Position numbers and translations under genes: made by a program. A stretch of 64,000 nucleotides of DNA, taken from the NCBI GenBank assembly GCA_030690315.1, contig JAUYGY010000054.1, positions 4,868 through 68,867 on the forward strand. The letters run 5' to 3'. Position 1 is the first letter of the stretch. Each line of letters starts with the position of its first letter. The stretch comes from Aequorivita sp. (GTDB lineage: Bacteria; Bacteroidota; Bacteroidia; Flavobacteriales; Flavobacteriaceae). This document shows, piece after piece, positions 50,005-60,392 of the stretch. A model generated the notes under the pieces. The model ran no database searches. It saw only the letters and a list, made by a program, of their open reading frames with translations, and had not been told where the DNA came from.

Positions 50005-51639
50005 TTGCGAGCACTCCTCATTATAATTTTTGTTGTTTTATCTACATTTTCAGTCCACGCCCAAAAGGAGATATGGTTTTATCTTCGTGCACGCGATACT
50101 TCCTTCGTCCCTTCCTTTGAGAAAAAGGGTGATTATTTGAATTATTCCGGGAACGATGCACGATTGAAAGCTGCATTAAAGATTTATAAAATAAAAACAT
50201 TTAAAAAAACGTGGAAGCACGCAAAAAAGCAAAATCTTAAAAAGACCTTTTTTGTTGTTGCAGACAAAGAAGCAATGATGATAGATTTGTTGCAAAACGC
50301 GTCCCATCTTTTTGAGTTTGGAGAATTGATTGCCGAAGAAGACAAAAAAATATTTGAGCCCAATGATTATGGGCTTACTAGCACAATTGGAGAAAATTTA
50401 GGAGCACAGGTAAACTTAGATTATCTGGATGTTTTGGGGGTCCCCAATGCTTGGTATTACACTACGGGTTCACGGGATGTGCTTGTTGGAATTTCCGATG
50501 GTGGTATCGATTCTTTGAACATTGAATTTGCTGGTAAAACTAAGATATTTAGCAAGTTATCTTTGGCAAATGGACATGGATATTCTGTGGCCGAAAGTGC
50601 TGCAGGACAGGGTAACAATGGATATGGTATTCCCGGAATATGTTATGATTGCAGTATTTATTCAACCAATTATATGCATATTTCTACTTTGCAAAATTTA
50701 GTTGAGCTTTCTAAAATGGGTGTGAAAGTAATTAATTGTAGTTGGGGAACGTCACGTTACTATGAAACAGCCCAACAAGCTATTTATGAAATGATGGACA
50801 ACGGCACTGTAGTGGTTGCAATTGGCCACAACCCAGACTTTACAAAAACTAAAGGTAAAGTTCTGTATTATCCTGCTTCTTATGATAAGGTAATTGCGGT
50901 TTCTTCAGCCCAACATCGATACGAAGATTTTTCAGATAATATTCAATATTTAGAAAAGGAAAAAATATTTTATGTGGAAAACATTAGATATTACATAGGC
51001 CGTACGGCCGGATTTAAGAATAATGATACTACAAAGGTTCCTTTTATTTATCCCGTTAGCATTAGAAACATAAATAGTGCAATAGATATAGTGGCGCCAT
51101 CTACTGGTATTTTTAGATATGGCGAGCTTGCACTGAATGATAAAATAGATGTTAGTCAGTTTAACCAAACTTCTGGGGTAGCACCATTGATTACGGGCAG
51201 TATCGGACTTATGTTTTCGCTTTACCCTTGTCTTCCTGCGGAAGAAGTGGAAACAATTATTAAATTCACCGCTACCAATATTGACGATGTGGAACCCAAT
51301 AAACCTTATGCAGGAATGTATGGGGCTGGAATGCTCAATACAGGTCGCGCTGTTAAAATGGTGTTTGATATGTTTGCTGAAAAGGAACCTGTTAAAATTG
51401 AAAATCAACGCTTCAATCGATGGGATTTTAAACTTACCGCCATTTCGGAAGTGATGGTTCATAATCAAGAATTTACTGAAAGTGCCACTTTGGACCTTAC
51501 ATCCAAAAAGAGAATTACTATTTCAAAAAATACAATTTTGAAGCCAAATGCCAAAGGAAAAATACATCTTAAAATTGATCCGAATTTAAAAAAGGAATGC
51601 GATTTGCAACTGCGTGACCCAAGTATTTTAAATGATTAA
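50005..51639 (+). CDS. Secreted subtilisin-like S8 serine peptidase
   Basis: Signal peptide; ISDGGID (Asp), GHG (His), AIGHN, QTSGVAP (Ser). Confidence 0.8.
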   Translation: MRALLIIIFVVLSTFSVHAQKEIWFYLRARDTSFVPSFEKKGDYLNYSGNDARLKAALKIYKIKTFKKTWKHAKKQNLKKTFFVVADKEAMMIDLLQNASHLFEFGELIAEEDKKIFEPNDYGLTSTIGENLGAQVNLDYLDVLGVPNAWYYTTGSRDVLVGISDGGIDSLNIEFAGKTKIFSKLSLANGHGYSVAESAAGQGNNGYGIPGICYDCSIYSTNYMHISTLQNLVELSKMGVKVINCSWGTSRYYETAQQAIYEMMDNGTVVVAIGHNPDFTKTKGKVLYYPASYDKVIAVSSAQHRYEDFSDNIQYLEKEKIFYVENIRYYIGRTAGFKNNDTTKVPFIYPVSIRNINSAIDIVAPSTGIFRYGELALNDKIDVSQFNQTSGVAPLITGSIGLMFSLYPCLPAEEVETIIKFTATNIDDVEPNKPYAGMYGAGMLNTGRAVKMVFDMFAEKEPVKIENQRFNRWDFKLTAISEVMVHNQEFTESATLDLTSKKRITISKNTILKPNAKGKIHLKIDPNLKKECDLQLRDPSILND

Positions 51640-51645
51640 TTTTAA

Positions 51646-52329
51646 CTAAACAGTTTTCTGAACTACTTCAAAAATCTGATTTTCATCACATTTCAAAGTT
51701 TTTGAAGGATATTTCAGCAATAGGGCATAATCGTGTGTAGCCATTAAAATAGTGTTGCCGTTTTTATTTATTTCACGCAGCACTTCCATTACTTCCACAC
51801 TTGTCTGCGGGTCTAGGTTTCCGGTTGGTTCATCGGCGAGTATCAATTCCGGGTCGTTCAATAGTGCACGGGCAATTGCTACCCGTTGCTGCTCGCCACC
51901 GGAAAGTTGGTATGGATACTTGAACGCTTTGGTTTTCATATCAACTTTGTCCAAAACATCATTTATTTTACTTTCCATTGCAGCCTTATCTTTCCAGCCG
52001 GTTGCAGTAAGTACAAAACGCAGATTGTCGCTTACCGTGCGGTCATTCAACAGTTTAAAATCCTGAAAAACAACACCCAGTTTTCTTCTTAAAAAAGGAA
52101 TATCCTTTTCCTTTAAAGTGGCCAAATCAAACCCCACAATACTGCCTTCACCTTCTTGCAATGGAAGATCACCATAAAGAGTTTTCATAAAACTGCTTTT
52201 TCCAGTTCCAGTTTTTCCAATTAGATAAACAAATTCACCTTTGTCAATAGAAACAGAAACATCGGAAAGCACTAAATTTTCACCCTGATAAATAGAAGCG
52301 TCCTTTAAAAATAATACGGTATTGGGCAT
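51646..52329 (-). CDS. ftsE: Cell division ABC ATP-binding protein FtsE
   Basis: [35 protein letters not shown]. Confidence 0.85.
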   Translation of the reverse strand: MPNTVLFLKDASIYQGENLVLSDVSVSIDKGEFVYLIGKTGTGKSSFMKTLYGDLPLQEGEGSIVGFDLATLKEKDIPFLRRKLGVVFQDFKLLNDRTVSDNLRFVLTATGWKDKAAMESKINDVLDKVDMKTKAFKYPYQLSGGEQQRVAIARALLNDPELILADEPTGNLDPQTSVEVMEVLREINKNGNTILMATHDYALLLKYPSKTLKCDENQIFEVVQKTV

Positions 52330-52341
52330 TTGGATTTTAGA

Positions 52342-52453
52342 TTAACTATTAACGATTGATGATTAACTATTGATAATGGAAAATTTCATTCGATTTCGAT
52401 TTCAATTTCAAAAGTAATTTGAATTACTGCAAACTGCAACTGAATACCGCCAA
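52342..52453. repeat. Stacked short-period repeats (7-mer, 6-mer, 7-mer)
   Basis: ttaacta/ttaacga/ttgatga/ttaacta/ttgataa (52342-52376); cgattt x2 and caattt (52391-52408); actgcaa x2 (52426-52439). Confidence 0.6.
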
Positions 52454-52459
52454 CATATT

Positions 52460-52918
52460 TTATTTTTCTGAAATCTTTTCTTTTAGCGCATTAATTTCCT
52501 TTTGTTGTTGAAGTGTGTAAAGCGTCAATTCCTCAATTTTCTGGAGCAGAATTAAATTCATTTCTTTTAATGAAATTCCCTCTTGTTGCATCGTTTCAGC
52601 GGAAGGAACATTCGGCAAATGTTTGTTTTCCTTTAAAAACGTTTCCAATTCTTCCAAAGAAATCAACCTGTATTCCGGCATCATTTCCGAAAAACCATTG
52701 AAATAATTTTCAAAAACATAGTCCGGCGCAACTGCGCCGTCCAAATCAACCAACACTTCCTGCGTGTGTATTATTCCTTTTACCGTTAAAAGCTCATCGG
52801 GAGTGGTTGTGCCAATGCCTATTTTCCCGTTTTTTTCGGTAAGATTTGTAAAGGGGCTGCGTTGGGCAGTGGCGGAAAGTGAAAATAATATCACGGAAAA
52901 AATCAATAATCTGTTCAT
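52460..52918 (-). CDS. Small secreted protein with tail-fibre-chaperone-like C-terminus
   Basis: Signal peptide; GIGTTTP, PDYVFE, HLPNVPS and LLQKIEELTLY coiled coil. Confidence 0.7.
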   Translation of the reverse strand: MNRLLIFSVILFSLSATAQRSPFTNLTEKNGKIGIGTTTPDELLTVKGIIHTQEVLVDLDGAVAPDYVFENYFNGFSEMMPEYRLISLEELETFLKENKHLPNVPSAETMQQEGISLKEMNLILLQKIEELTLYTLQQQKEINALKEKISEK

Positions 52919-53145
52919 AAAGATGCTTTTAGAATTTGTAAAGTTTTAAAATTACATCATTTTTTTAAAGGAGTTCAGCGTTATGTTAAAATCTCTTTTG
53001 CAATAAATACTTATTTAACTTTTGTGCCGTTATATTGCTAAGAAATTCATTGGAAAAACATTCGTTAATAAAACCTTAAAAATTACAGTATCGCCGAAAG
53101 CTACATTTAAACTTAAATACCTTTACGCCACAAAAACTGTAAATA

Positions 53146-56100
53146 ATGACAAAGAATTTTCTTGTTTTTTCGCTTTTTCTATTCCTTTCATTTTCATCAT
53201 TTTCGCAGCAAACAGCAGCTTTTACCAACGACCTTGCCGAGTTCAACCAAGCTTTGGAGCTTTATAACAACGGGCAGTTCCTGGCCGCACAAAGTCTTTT
53301 CGACAAAATAAAAAACAGTAGCAGCGACGAAACCGTGCAAAGCGATTGTGCCTATTACATTGCGAATGCGGCAGTTAGGTTAAACCAGCAAAACGCCGAC
53401 CAGTTGATGGAGGAATTTGTTGAGAAATACCCCACCAGTTTGAAACGAAATTCCGCATTTATAGATGTGGCGAATTTTTATTTTGAAAACGGAAAATATT
53501 CACACGCGCAAAAATGGTACGATAAAGTAGATGAAGGAAGTTTAAGCCGAAGCGAGCAGGAACGATTCAATTTCAACAACGGCTATGCTTATTTCAAGGC
53601 GAAGCGATATGACGATGCAAAAACCTATTTCAATAAGGTTTCAACTTCGCAGAAATATGGCTCGCAGGCAAAATATTATTTAGGTTTCATCGCATACGAA
53701 GGCGATGATTACGAAGAAGCGAACAAGAATTTTGAGGAAGTAAAAGGTGAAGAGCGCTATTCTGAAGACCTTTCCTATTACCAAGCCGATATGAATTTCA
53801 AACTCGGAAACTTCCAAAAAGCCATCGATATGGGGAAGGAGCAGTTTGACAAATCCAGCCCTGCAGAAAAAAGCCAACTCTCAAAAATCATCGGCGAAAG
53901 TTATTTCAATCTCGGCCAATATGCCGAAGCGGTGCCGTATTTAAAGGAATACAAAGGTACGCGTGGCAAATGGAATAATACCGATTATTACCAATTGGGC
54001 TACGCCTATTACAAACAGGGCGATTTCGAAAGTGCTATTGGCGAGTTCAACAAAATTGTGGACGGAAAGAATGCCGTTGCCCAAAATGCGTACTATCACT
54101 TGGCTGAAAGCTATCTGAAACTCGACAAAAAACAAGAAGCCTTGAACGCTTTTAAAAATGCTTCGGAAATGGATTTCAGTGCCGAAATCCAGGAAGATGC
54201 TTATTTGAATTATGCCAAGCTGAGTTATGAAATTGGGAACAGTTACAAAAGCACACCACAGGTTTTGCTTTCCTTTATTGAAAAATATCCAAACAACACC
54301 AATAATGATGAACTGAAAAAATTGTTGATTGACAGTTATATCACTTCAAAAAATTATAAAGAAGCATTGGATTTGCTGGAAAACAACAAAAATTTTGCAG
54401 ATAAGGCTGCCTATCAAAAAGTAGCTTTTTACAGAGGAATCGAACTTTATAATGAAGCAAATTACAACGAAGCGATTTCGTTTTTTGATAAAAGCATGAA
54501 GGAATCGCAAGATCCAAATTTTGAAGCCCGCGCTACTTATTGGAAAGCCGAAAGCGATTACCAACTTTCAAATTTTGAAAAATCCTTGGCTGGCTACAAA
54601 AAGTTTGCCCAGATGTCCGACTCACAAAATACTTCGGAATATAAAAATTTGAATTATAATCTAGCGTACAATCAATTCAAACTGAAAAATTATGCCGAAG
54701 CCATTTCAAATTTTAAAAGTTATGTTGGCTCATCTTCCGCTGAAACAGTTCGAAAAAAAGACGCCTATTTACGATTGGGTGATAGTTATTTTGTGACAAG
54801 CCAATATTGGCCCGCGATGGAAAACTATAACACTGCGGCTGAAATGGGCGGCGATAATGATTACGCGCAATTCCAAAAAGCAATTAGTTATGGTTTTGTG
54901 GATCGCCCCGATAAAAAGGTGGAGGAATTGATTTCTTTTACAAAAAAATATCCAAAATCCGTTTACCGCGATGATGCGTTGTATGAATTGGGGAATACCT
55001 ACGTTGCCCAAAACAAAAACAACGAAGCAATTTCGGCTTATGACCAGTTAATTCGCGATGTTCCAAATAGCAGTTTCGTTTCAAAAGCCTTGCTGAAAAA
55101 AGCTTTGATTTATGACAATACCGGAAAAAGTAACGACGCATTGGCAATTTTCAAAAGAGTTGCGAACGAATTTCCATCAACACCCGAAGCTTTGCAGGCA
55201 GTGGCTTCCGCAAAGATTATTTATATAGACCAAGGAAATGTTGACGAATACGCACGTTGGGTAAAAACCTTAGATTATGTGCAAGTGGGCGATACCGAGC
55301 TTGACGACGCAGCCTATTCGGCGGCCGAGCAGCCTTATTTGGAAAACAATCAAAGTCAGGCGAAGGGACGTTTTGAAGATTATTTGAAACAATTTCCAAA
55401 TGGGCAACATGCCCAAAATGCCCATTTCTATTTAGGCCAGATTTATTTTGCAGATGCAAATGCAGATCAAGCCATCCCGCATTTTGAATATGTTGTGAAT
55501 CGTGAGCGAAGTGAATTTACGGAACAAGCCTTAGCACGGGTTTCAGAATTGTATTTGGGCAAAAAGGATTATCAAAATGCCTTGAAATATTTAACCCGTT
55601 TGGAAGCCGAAGCAGATTTTCCGCAGAACATTATTTTCGCGCAAACCAATAGTATGAAGGCTTCGTATGAATTGAAACAATATGCCGAAGCTGTAAATTA
55701 TGCAGAGAAAGTGCTTCAGAATTCAAAAATTGACAATTCAATAAAAAGTGATGCGCAGGTTATTATTGCACGTTCGGCAATGAAAACCAATAACGAAGCA
55801 AAAGCAAAAACCGCTTATGCCGAAGTTCAGAAAATAGCAACCGGCGCCCTTGCTGCTGAAGCGCTTTATTTTGACGCTTATTTCAAAAATAAGGAAGGCA
55901 GTTATGAAGCTTCAAATGCTTCTGTTCAGAAATTGGCGAAAGATTATTCCACCTATAAATTATACGGCGCAAAAGGTTTGGTGCTGATGGCGAAGAATTT
56001 TTATGAACTGAAAGACGCTTACCAAGCCACTTATATTTTGGAAAGTGTAATCAAAAATTTCACCGATTACCCTGATGTGGTTGAAGAAGCAAAAGCCGAA

Positions 56101-56160
56101 CTAGCGGTAATCAAAAACGCGGAAGCAAAAACAAATTCTTCGGTGGAAACCGGAAATTAA
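53146..56160 (+). CDS. Large periplasmic TPR protein
   Basis: Signal peptide followed by about 1000 aa of TPRs. Confidence 0.9.
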   Translation: MTKNFLVFSLFLFLSFSSFSQQTAAFTNDLAEFNQALELYNNGQFLAAQSLFDKIKNSSSDETVQSDCAYYIANAAVRLNQQNADQLMEEFVEKYPTSLKRNSAFIDVANFYFENGKYSHAQKWYDKVDEGSLSRSEQERFNFNNGYAYFKAKRYDDAKTYFNKVSTSQKYGSQAKYYLGFIAYEGDDYEEANKNFEEVKGEERYSEDLSYYQADMNFKLGNFQKAIDMGKEQFDKSSPAEKSQLSKIIGESYFNLGQYAEAVPYLKEYKGTRGKWNNTDYYQLGYAYYKQGDFESAIGEFNKIVDGKNAVAQNAYYHLAESYLKLDKKQEALNAFKNASEMDFSAEIQEDAYLNYAKLSYEIGNSYKSTPQVLLSFIEKYPNNTNNDELKKLLIDSYITSKNYKEALDLLENNKNFADKAAYQKVAFYRGIELYNEANYNEAISFFDKSMKESQDPNFEARATYWKAESDYQLSNFEKSLAGYKKFAQMSDSQNTSEYKNLNYNLAYNQFKLKNYAEAISNFKSYVGSSSAETVRKKDAYLRLGDSYFVTSQYWPAMENYNTAAEMGGDNDYAQFQKAISYGFVDRPDKKVEELISFTKKYPKSVYRDDALYELGNTYVAQNKNNEAISAYDQLIRDVPNSSFVSKALLKKALIYDNTGKSNDALAIFKRVANEFPSTPEALQAVASAKIIYIDQGNVDEYARWVKTLDYVQVGDTELDDAAYSAAEQPYLENNQSQAKGRFEDYLKQFPNGQHAQNAHFYLGQIYFADANADQAIPHFEYVVNRERSEFTEQALARVSELYLGKKDYQNALKYLTRLEAEADFPQNIIFAQTNSMKASYELKQYAEAVNYAEKVLQNSKIDNSIKSDAQVIIARSAMKTNNEAKAKTAYAEVQKIATGALAAEALYFDAYFKNKEGSYEASNASVQKLAKDYSTYKLYGAKGLVLMAKNFYELKDAYQATYILESVIKNFTDYPDVVEEAKAELAVIKNAEAKTNSSVETGN

Positions 56161-56165
56161 AAAGC

Positions 56166-56223
56166 CTCTGTACCCTTTGTGTCTCTGTGGTAAATAAACC
56201 ACAAAGGCACAGAGGACACAGAG
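56166..56223. repeat. Hairpin of 8/9-bp periodic arms (CACAGAG type)
   Basis: CTCTGTACCCTTTGTGTCTCTGTGGT-aaataa-ACCACAAAGGCACAGAGGACACAGAG. Confidence 0.7.
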
Positions 56224-56260
56224 AAAACATTAAAAAATTTTAAATCCAAATTTTGAAAAT

Positions 56261-57991
56261 ATGTCCATAAAACAAATAGTTTTATTTTCAATTCCCGCAT
56301 TATTTCTATTTCAATTTTCAGCTTTTTCACAAGAAAAAGAATTGGATCCGGAAGTAGTTAACATTGTAAAACCATACACGCCCACAATTTCGGACGCCTT
56401 TAAAGTGAAGGAAACCCCCACGTTGAATGATTCTATTTCCACCACAAAAAAGGAGGTGAAATACAGTATTTTCTCAGTGCCTGTAGCTTCCACTTTTACG
56501 CCCACCAAAGGCAAGGCTACCACGGTTGAAAAGACAAAGCCAATAAAATTATATGATAATTACGCAACGCTTGGTTTCGGAAATTACACTTCAATTTTGG
56601 GGGAATTCTACAGCAATTTTGAAATAAGCCGAACCGATAATGCCGGGTTTTTCTTTCGACATAATTCTTCACAGGGCGATATAAAAGATGTGAAGTTGGA
56701 CAATAAATATTACGACACCAGTTTGGACGCAAATTATACTAGCAGGCAAAAAGATGCAACATACAGGCTTGATGCGGGCGTGGAACATCAGATATTTAAT
56801 TGGTACGGCGTACCGAAGATAGTTTATATTCAGGAGCCAAATGTACAAATAGACGCACAGCAAACTTATATTAGTGGTTATGCTGGAGGAAGTATTGCAA
56901 TTGATGATTCGTTTTTTGAAAAAGCTGCAGTAAATCTTCGTTATTTGGGCGATGCGTTTTCTTCTTCGGAATTTAACGCTACGTTGAAACCTGAGTTTTC
57001 GTTCCCACTTGAAAATTTGATATTTAAAATTGATGGTGATATAGATTATTTAAGCGGAAGTTTTGACAGAAATTATACAAACACTTCCGATATAAAATAC
57101 AGTTATTTGAATGCCGGACTGGCGCCGTCCATCACTTTTGTAAATGACGATCTCAGCGTTTCCTTGGGTGTTGCTGGTTATGTGAGTTTGGACTCTGAAA
57201 ACAGCGACACCGAATTTTCATTATACCCAAGATTGAACGCTTCCTATCGTTTGCTGGACGAAACCGTGATTGTTTACGGTGGGGCAGAGGGCGGTCTTCA
57301 ACAAAATTCGTATTACAATTTTAAGGAAGAAAACCCATTTGTTTCACCAACTTTGAATGTTGCCCCAACCAAAAAATTGTATGAAGGTTTCGGTGGAATT
57401 AAAGGAAAACTGTCTAATTCAGTAGCTTATAACGTTAGGGCTTCTTACGGAAAAGATGAAAACAGAGCGTTATTTCAGGCCAATTACATTAATTTGCTTG
57501 CACCAGGTTTTGAGGGTTATGAATTCGGAAATTCTTTCAACGTGGTTTATGATGACATAAACACTTTATCCTTTTTTGCAGAATTAAAAGTTGAGGTTTC
57601 TGATAGATTTTCACTTGGAATAAACGGCACATATAGTAGTTACAGCACAGATACCCAGAACGAGGCCTGGAACCTGCCAGATTTAAAGGCTTCGGTGTTT
57701 TCAAATTTTAACATTACCGAAAAATTGTACGGTGGTGCTTCATTGTTTTATGTAGGTGAGCGACAGGATTTGATTTTCAAAAATGATCCTTTCGGAGGTT
57801 CCATCGATCAAGAGTTTACTTTGGATGGCTATGTGGATGCCAATTTAAGCTTTGGCTACAGGTTTACCGACAGACTTTCCGCTTTTGTAAAGGGCAGCAA
57901 TCTTTTTGGCGATAATTACGAAAAGTGGATGAACTATCCCGTGCAGGGAATACAAGGATTGGCTGGGGTTACTTATAAGTTTGATTGGTAA
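56261..57991 (+). CDS. TonB-dependent-receptor-like outer membrane beta-barrel
   Basis: Signal peptide, VVNIVKPYTPTISDA, amphipathic strands, terminal GVTYKFDW. Confidence 0.8.
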   Translation: MSIKQIVLFSIPALFLFQFSAFSQEKELDPEVVNIVKPYTPTISDAFKVKETPTLNDSISTTKKEVKYSIFSVPVASTFTPTKGKATTVEKTKPIKLYDNYATLGFGNYTSILGEFYSNFEISRTDNAGFFFRHNSSQGDIKDVKLDNKYYDTSLDANYTSRQKDATYRLDAGVEHQIFNWYGVPKIVYIQEPNVQIDAQQTYISGYAGGSIAIDDSFFEKAAVNLRYLGDAFSSSEFNATLKPEFSFPLENLIFKIDGDIDYLSGSFDRNYTNTSDIKYSYLNAGLAPSITFVNDDLSVSLGVAGYVSLDSENSDTEFSLYPRLNASYRLLDETVIVYGGAEGGLQQNSYYNFKEENPFVSPTLNVAPTKKLYEGFGGIKGKLSNSVAYNVRASYGKDENRALFQANYINLLAPGFEGYEFGNSFNVVYDDINTLSFFAELKVEVSDRFSLGINGTYSSYSTDTQNEAWNLPDLKASVFSNFNITEKLYGGASLFYVGERQDLIFKNDPFGGSIDQEFTLDGYVDANLSFGYRFTDRLSAFVKGSNLFGDNYEKWMNYPVQGIQGLAGVTYKFDW

Positions 57992-58000
57992 TTTAAAGTT

Positions 58001-58345
58001 TCAAAAATCAAGAACAATCTTAATGTTTACTTTTACTTTTTCAGACAAATGGGAGGGTAGAATTCCTATTTTTTTGATTAATCTTTTGTTATCGATGGCC
58101 CTAATTTGATCAATTAATATATCGCTTTCTTTATCCAAATCTGTTTCTCCATTTGGAATGTGAACTCTTAATATTTCAGATTTTTTAAATATTTGAGTAG
58201 TTAATGGACAAACAATTGTGGAAGGATGGGGAATGGCATTTAATGAATTTGTTTGGAGAATAAGTACCGGGCGGGTTTTTCCCGGTTCAGTACCAATTTG
58301 AGGGTTCAAATCTGCGAGCCATATCTCAAACTGTTTAATTTTCAT
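58001..58345 (-). CDS. PemK/MazF-family toxin
   Basis: IWLADLNPQIGTEPGKTRPVLIL...DQIRAIDNKRL; start at MKIKQ. Confidence 0.92.
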   Translation of the reverse strand: MKIKQFEIWLADLNPQIGTEPGKTRPVLILQTNSLNAIPHPSTIVCPLTTQIFKKSEILRVHIPNGETDLDKESDILIDQIRAIDNKRLIKKIGILPSHLSEKVKVNIKIVLDF

Positions 58346-58565
58346 TTTCCAAAAGTTCAAATTCGGCCAATACTTTCATTGAATTTTCACTAACTAATTT
58401 TGATTCTTTTTTCAACTGGCTATCTATCATTTTTCTTTTTTGAAAGTTATTATAAAACTCAATGGCTTCATTTATATAGCGGTTTCTTGGCTTTTTAAGA
58501 TTTTTCAAAATTTCTTCGGTTTCTCCAAAAATTGAATCATCTATTTTTAATGATACTGTTTTCAT
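58335..58565 (-). CDS. Putative cognate antitoxin (RHH-like)
   Basis: MKTVSLKIDD...RNRYINEAIEFY, acidic C-terminus; overlaps the toxin start. Confidence 0.8.
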   Translation of the reverse strand: MKTVSLKIDDSIFGETEEILKNLKKPRNRYINEAIEFYNNFQKRKMIDSQLKKESKLVSENSMKVLAEFELLENEN

Positions 58566-58688
58566 CTTAAAAGTTTTTATTAAAAGTATATCTTTTTGGT
58601 ATATATTCAAAGTACTTACTTTTTTATTTTGAATTAGATTTTTTGCAACGCTACGTTTTTGTCTATTTTTACAGCCTAATTAATTCAG

Positions 58689-60320
58689 ATGAAAAAACTA
58701 TTATTCCTTTTTGCAGCAATCACTTTGTTTTCCTGCGCCCCCGATAAACTATCAGCAGATTTATTGATAAAAAACGCCACCATTTATACGGTTGATAAAG
58801 ATTTCAGCACGGCAAACGCTTTGGTTGTAAAAGATGGAAGAATCCTTGAAATAGGCTTAAAACCTGAACTTGAACTGAAATATGCAATAAAGGAAACCTA
58901 TGATGCTAAGGGCAATACCGTAGTTCCTGGTTTGATTGATGCCCATGCACATTTGTACGGCCTTGGTCTTGGTTTGCAGAATGTTGATTTAGTGGGAACT
59001 ACAAGTTTTGATGAGATTTTAGGAAAAGTAGTTGCTTTTCAGGAAGAAAAAAATATGCCCTATATTATTGGTCGCGGATGGGACCAAAACGATTGGGACG
59101 ACAAAAATTTTCCCAACAAAAAACAACTCGATTCACTTTTTCCAGATACCCCAGTGGCACTGCAACGTGTTGATGGCCACGCTTATTTGGTAAATTCAAA
59201 GGCTCTGGAACTTGCAGGAATTACTGCAAAAACAAAAGTAGCCGGTGGCGAAATAGTTTTGGAAAACGGCGAACCAACGGGAATAATTATTGACGCACCC
59301 ATGGCTTTAATCGACAAAACTTTTCCTGAAATCACGAAAGAAGTATCCGCTGAAGCGCTTTTGGAAGCCGAAAAAATCTGCCTTCAATATGGATTGACAA
59401 CCGTGGACGATGCAGGCTTGGATAGAAATATTATTGAATTGATCGACGCCCTTCAAAAAGAAGGAAAATTCAAGCTCAGAATGTATGCAATGGTAAGCAA
59501 CAGCCCCGAAAACCTTGACTATTATTTGCAAAATGGAACTTATAAAACCGATAGATTGAATGTTCGTTCCTTTAAAATCTATGCCGACGGTGCTCTCGGT
59601 TCCCGCGGTGCCGCAATGCGGGAACCATATAGCGATATGTCCCATCATTTTGGCGCGATGATTACTCCGGCTGATAGTTTAGATTTTTTAGCTAAAAAAA
59701 TTGCAGCTTCCGAATTTCAAATGAACACACATGCCATTGGCGATTCTGCAAATATTGCGGTTTTGCGAGCTTATAAAAAAGTTTTGGAAGGACAAACCGA
59801 TCGACGCTGGAGAGTGGAGCACGCGCAAATACTTTCGGAAGAAGATTTTGAGTATTATTCAGATAATATTATTCCTTCGGTACAGCCCACACACGCAACC
59901 AGTGATATGTATTGGGCGCAGGATAGAGTGGGAGAGGAGCGAATTAAATATGCGTACGCGTACAAAACAATGCTGGAAAAGGCAGGAAAAATTGCTCTGG
60001 GAACTGATTTCCCCGTAGAACAAGTAAACCCGATGTACACTTTTTACGCTGCCGTTGCAAGAAAGGATTTAAAAAATTATCCCGAAAACGGTTTTCAAAT
60101 GAAAGATGCATTAACGCGGGAGGAAGCTTTAAAAGGAATGACCATTTGGGCTGCTTTTGCCAATTTTGAAGAAAATGAAAAAGGAAGTATTGAAGTTGGG
60201 AAATTTGCAGATTTTACGGTGCTCGATAAAGATATTATGAAAGTTGACGAAGCCGAATTGCCCAACACTAAAGTTGTTGCGACTTTTGTTAATGGCGAAT
60301 TGGTTTACGAAGCCGAATAA
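58689..60320 (+). CDS. Amidohydrolase_3 (YtcJ-like) lipoprotein
   Basis: LFSC lipobox; PGLIDAHAH, DGH, HAIGD, RVEHAQ, GTDFPVE. Confidence 0.9.
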   Translation: MKKLLFLFAAITLFSCAPDKLSADLLIKNATIYTVDKDFSTANALVVKDGRILEIGLKPELELKYAIKETYDAKGNTVVPGLIDAHAHLYGLGLGLQNVDLVGTTSFDEILGKVVAFQEEKNMPYIIGRGWDQNDWDDKNFPNKKQLDSLFPDTPVALQRVDGHAYLVNSKALELAGITAKTKVAGGEIVLENGEPTGIIIDAPMALIDKTFPEITKEVSAEALLEAEKICLQYGLTTVDDAGLDRNIIELIDALQKEGKFKLRMYAMVSNSPENLDYYLQNGTYKTDRLNVRSFKIYADGALGSRGAAMREPYSDMSHHFGAMITPADSLDFLAKKIAASEFQMNTHAIGDSANIAVLRAYKKVLEGQTDRRWRVEHAQILSEEDFEYYSDNIIPSVQPTHATSDMYWAQDRVGEERIKYAYAYKTMLEKAGKIALGTDFPVEQVNPMYTFYAAVARKDLKNYPENGFQMKDALTREEALKGMTIWAAFANFEENEKGSIEVGKFADFTVLDKDIMKVDEAELPNTKVVATFVNGELVYEAE

Positions 60321-60323
60321 AAA

Positions 60324-60382
60324 CTTTGCGTCTTTGCGCCTTTGCGTGCAAAAATTACTCGCAAAGCCGCAAAGTCGCAAAG
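60324..60382. repeat. Hairpin of 8-bp periodic arms (CTTTGCG x3 / CGCAAAG x3)
   Basis: ctttgcgt ctttgcgc ctttgcgt ... cgcaaagc cgcaaagt cgcaaag. Confidence 0.75.
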
Positions 60383-60392
60383 AATAACTGAA

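Noticed and set aside
52460-52918. Prophage remnant suggested by the tail-fibre-like protein
   Set aside because: It has a Sec signal peptide, no other phage genes are nearby, and the flanks are housekeeping genes.
53146-56160. Large TPR protein as a defence sensor
   Set aside because: It has a signal peptide, no effector domain, and is paired with an outer-membrane barrel in a core-like context.
60342-60392. N-terminal extension of the YkgJ-family ORF (and ORF 60305-60601 on the minus strand)
   Set aside because: It derives from the 8-bp periodic hairpin; the ATG at 60393 is the more plausible start.
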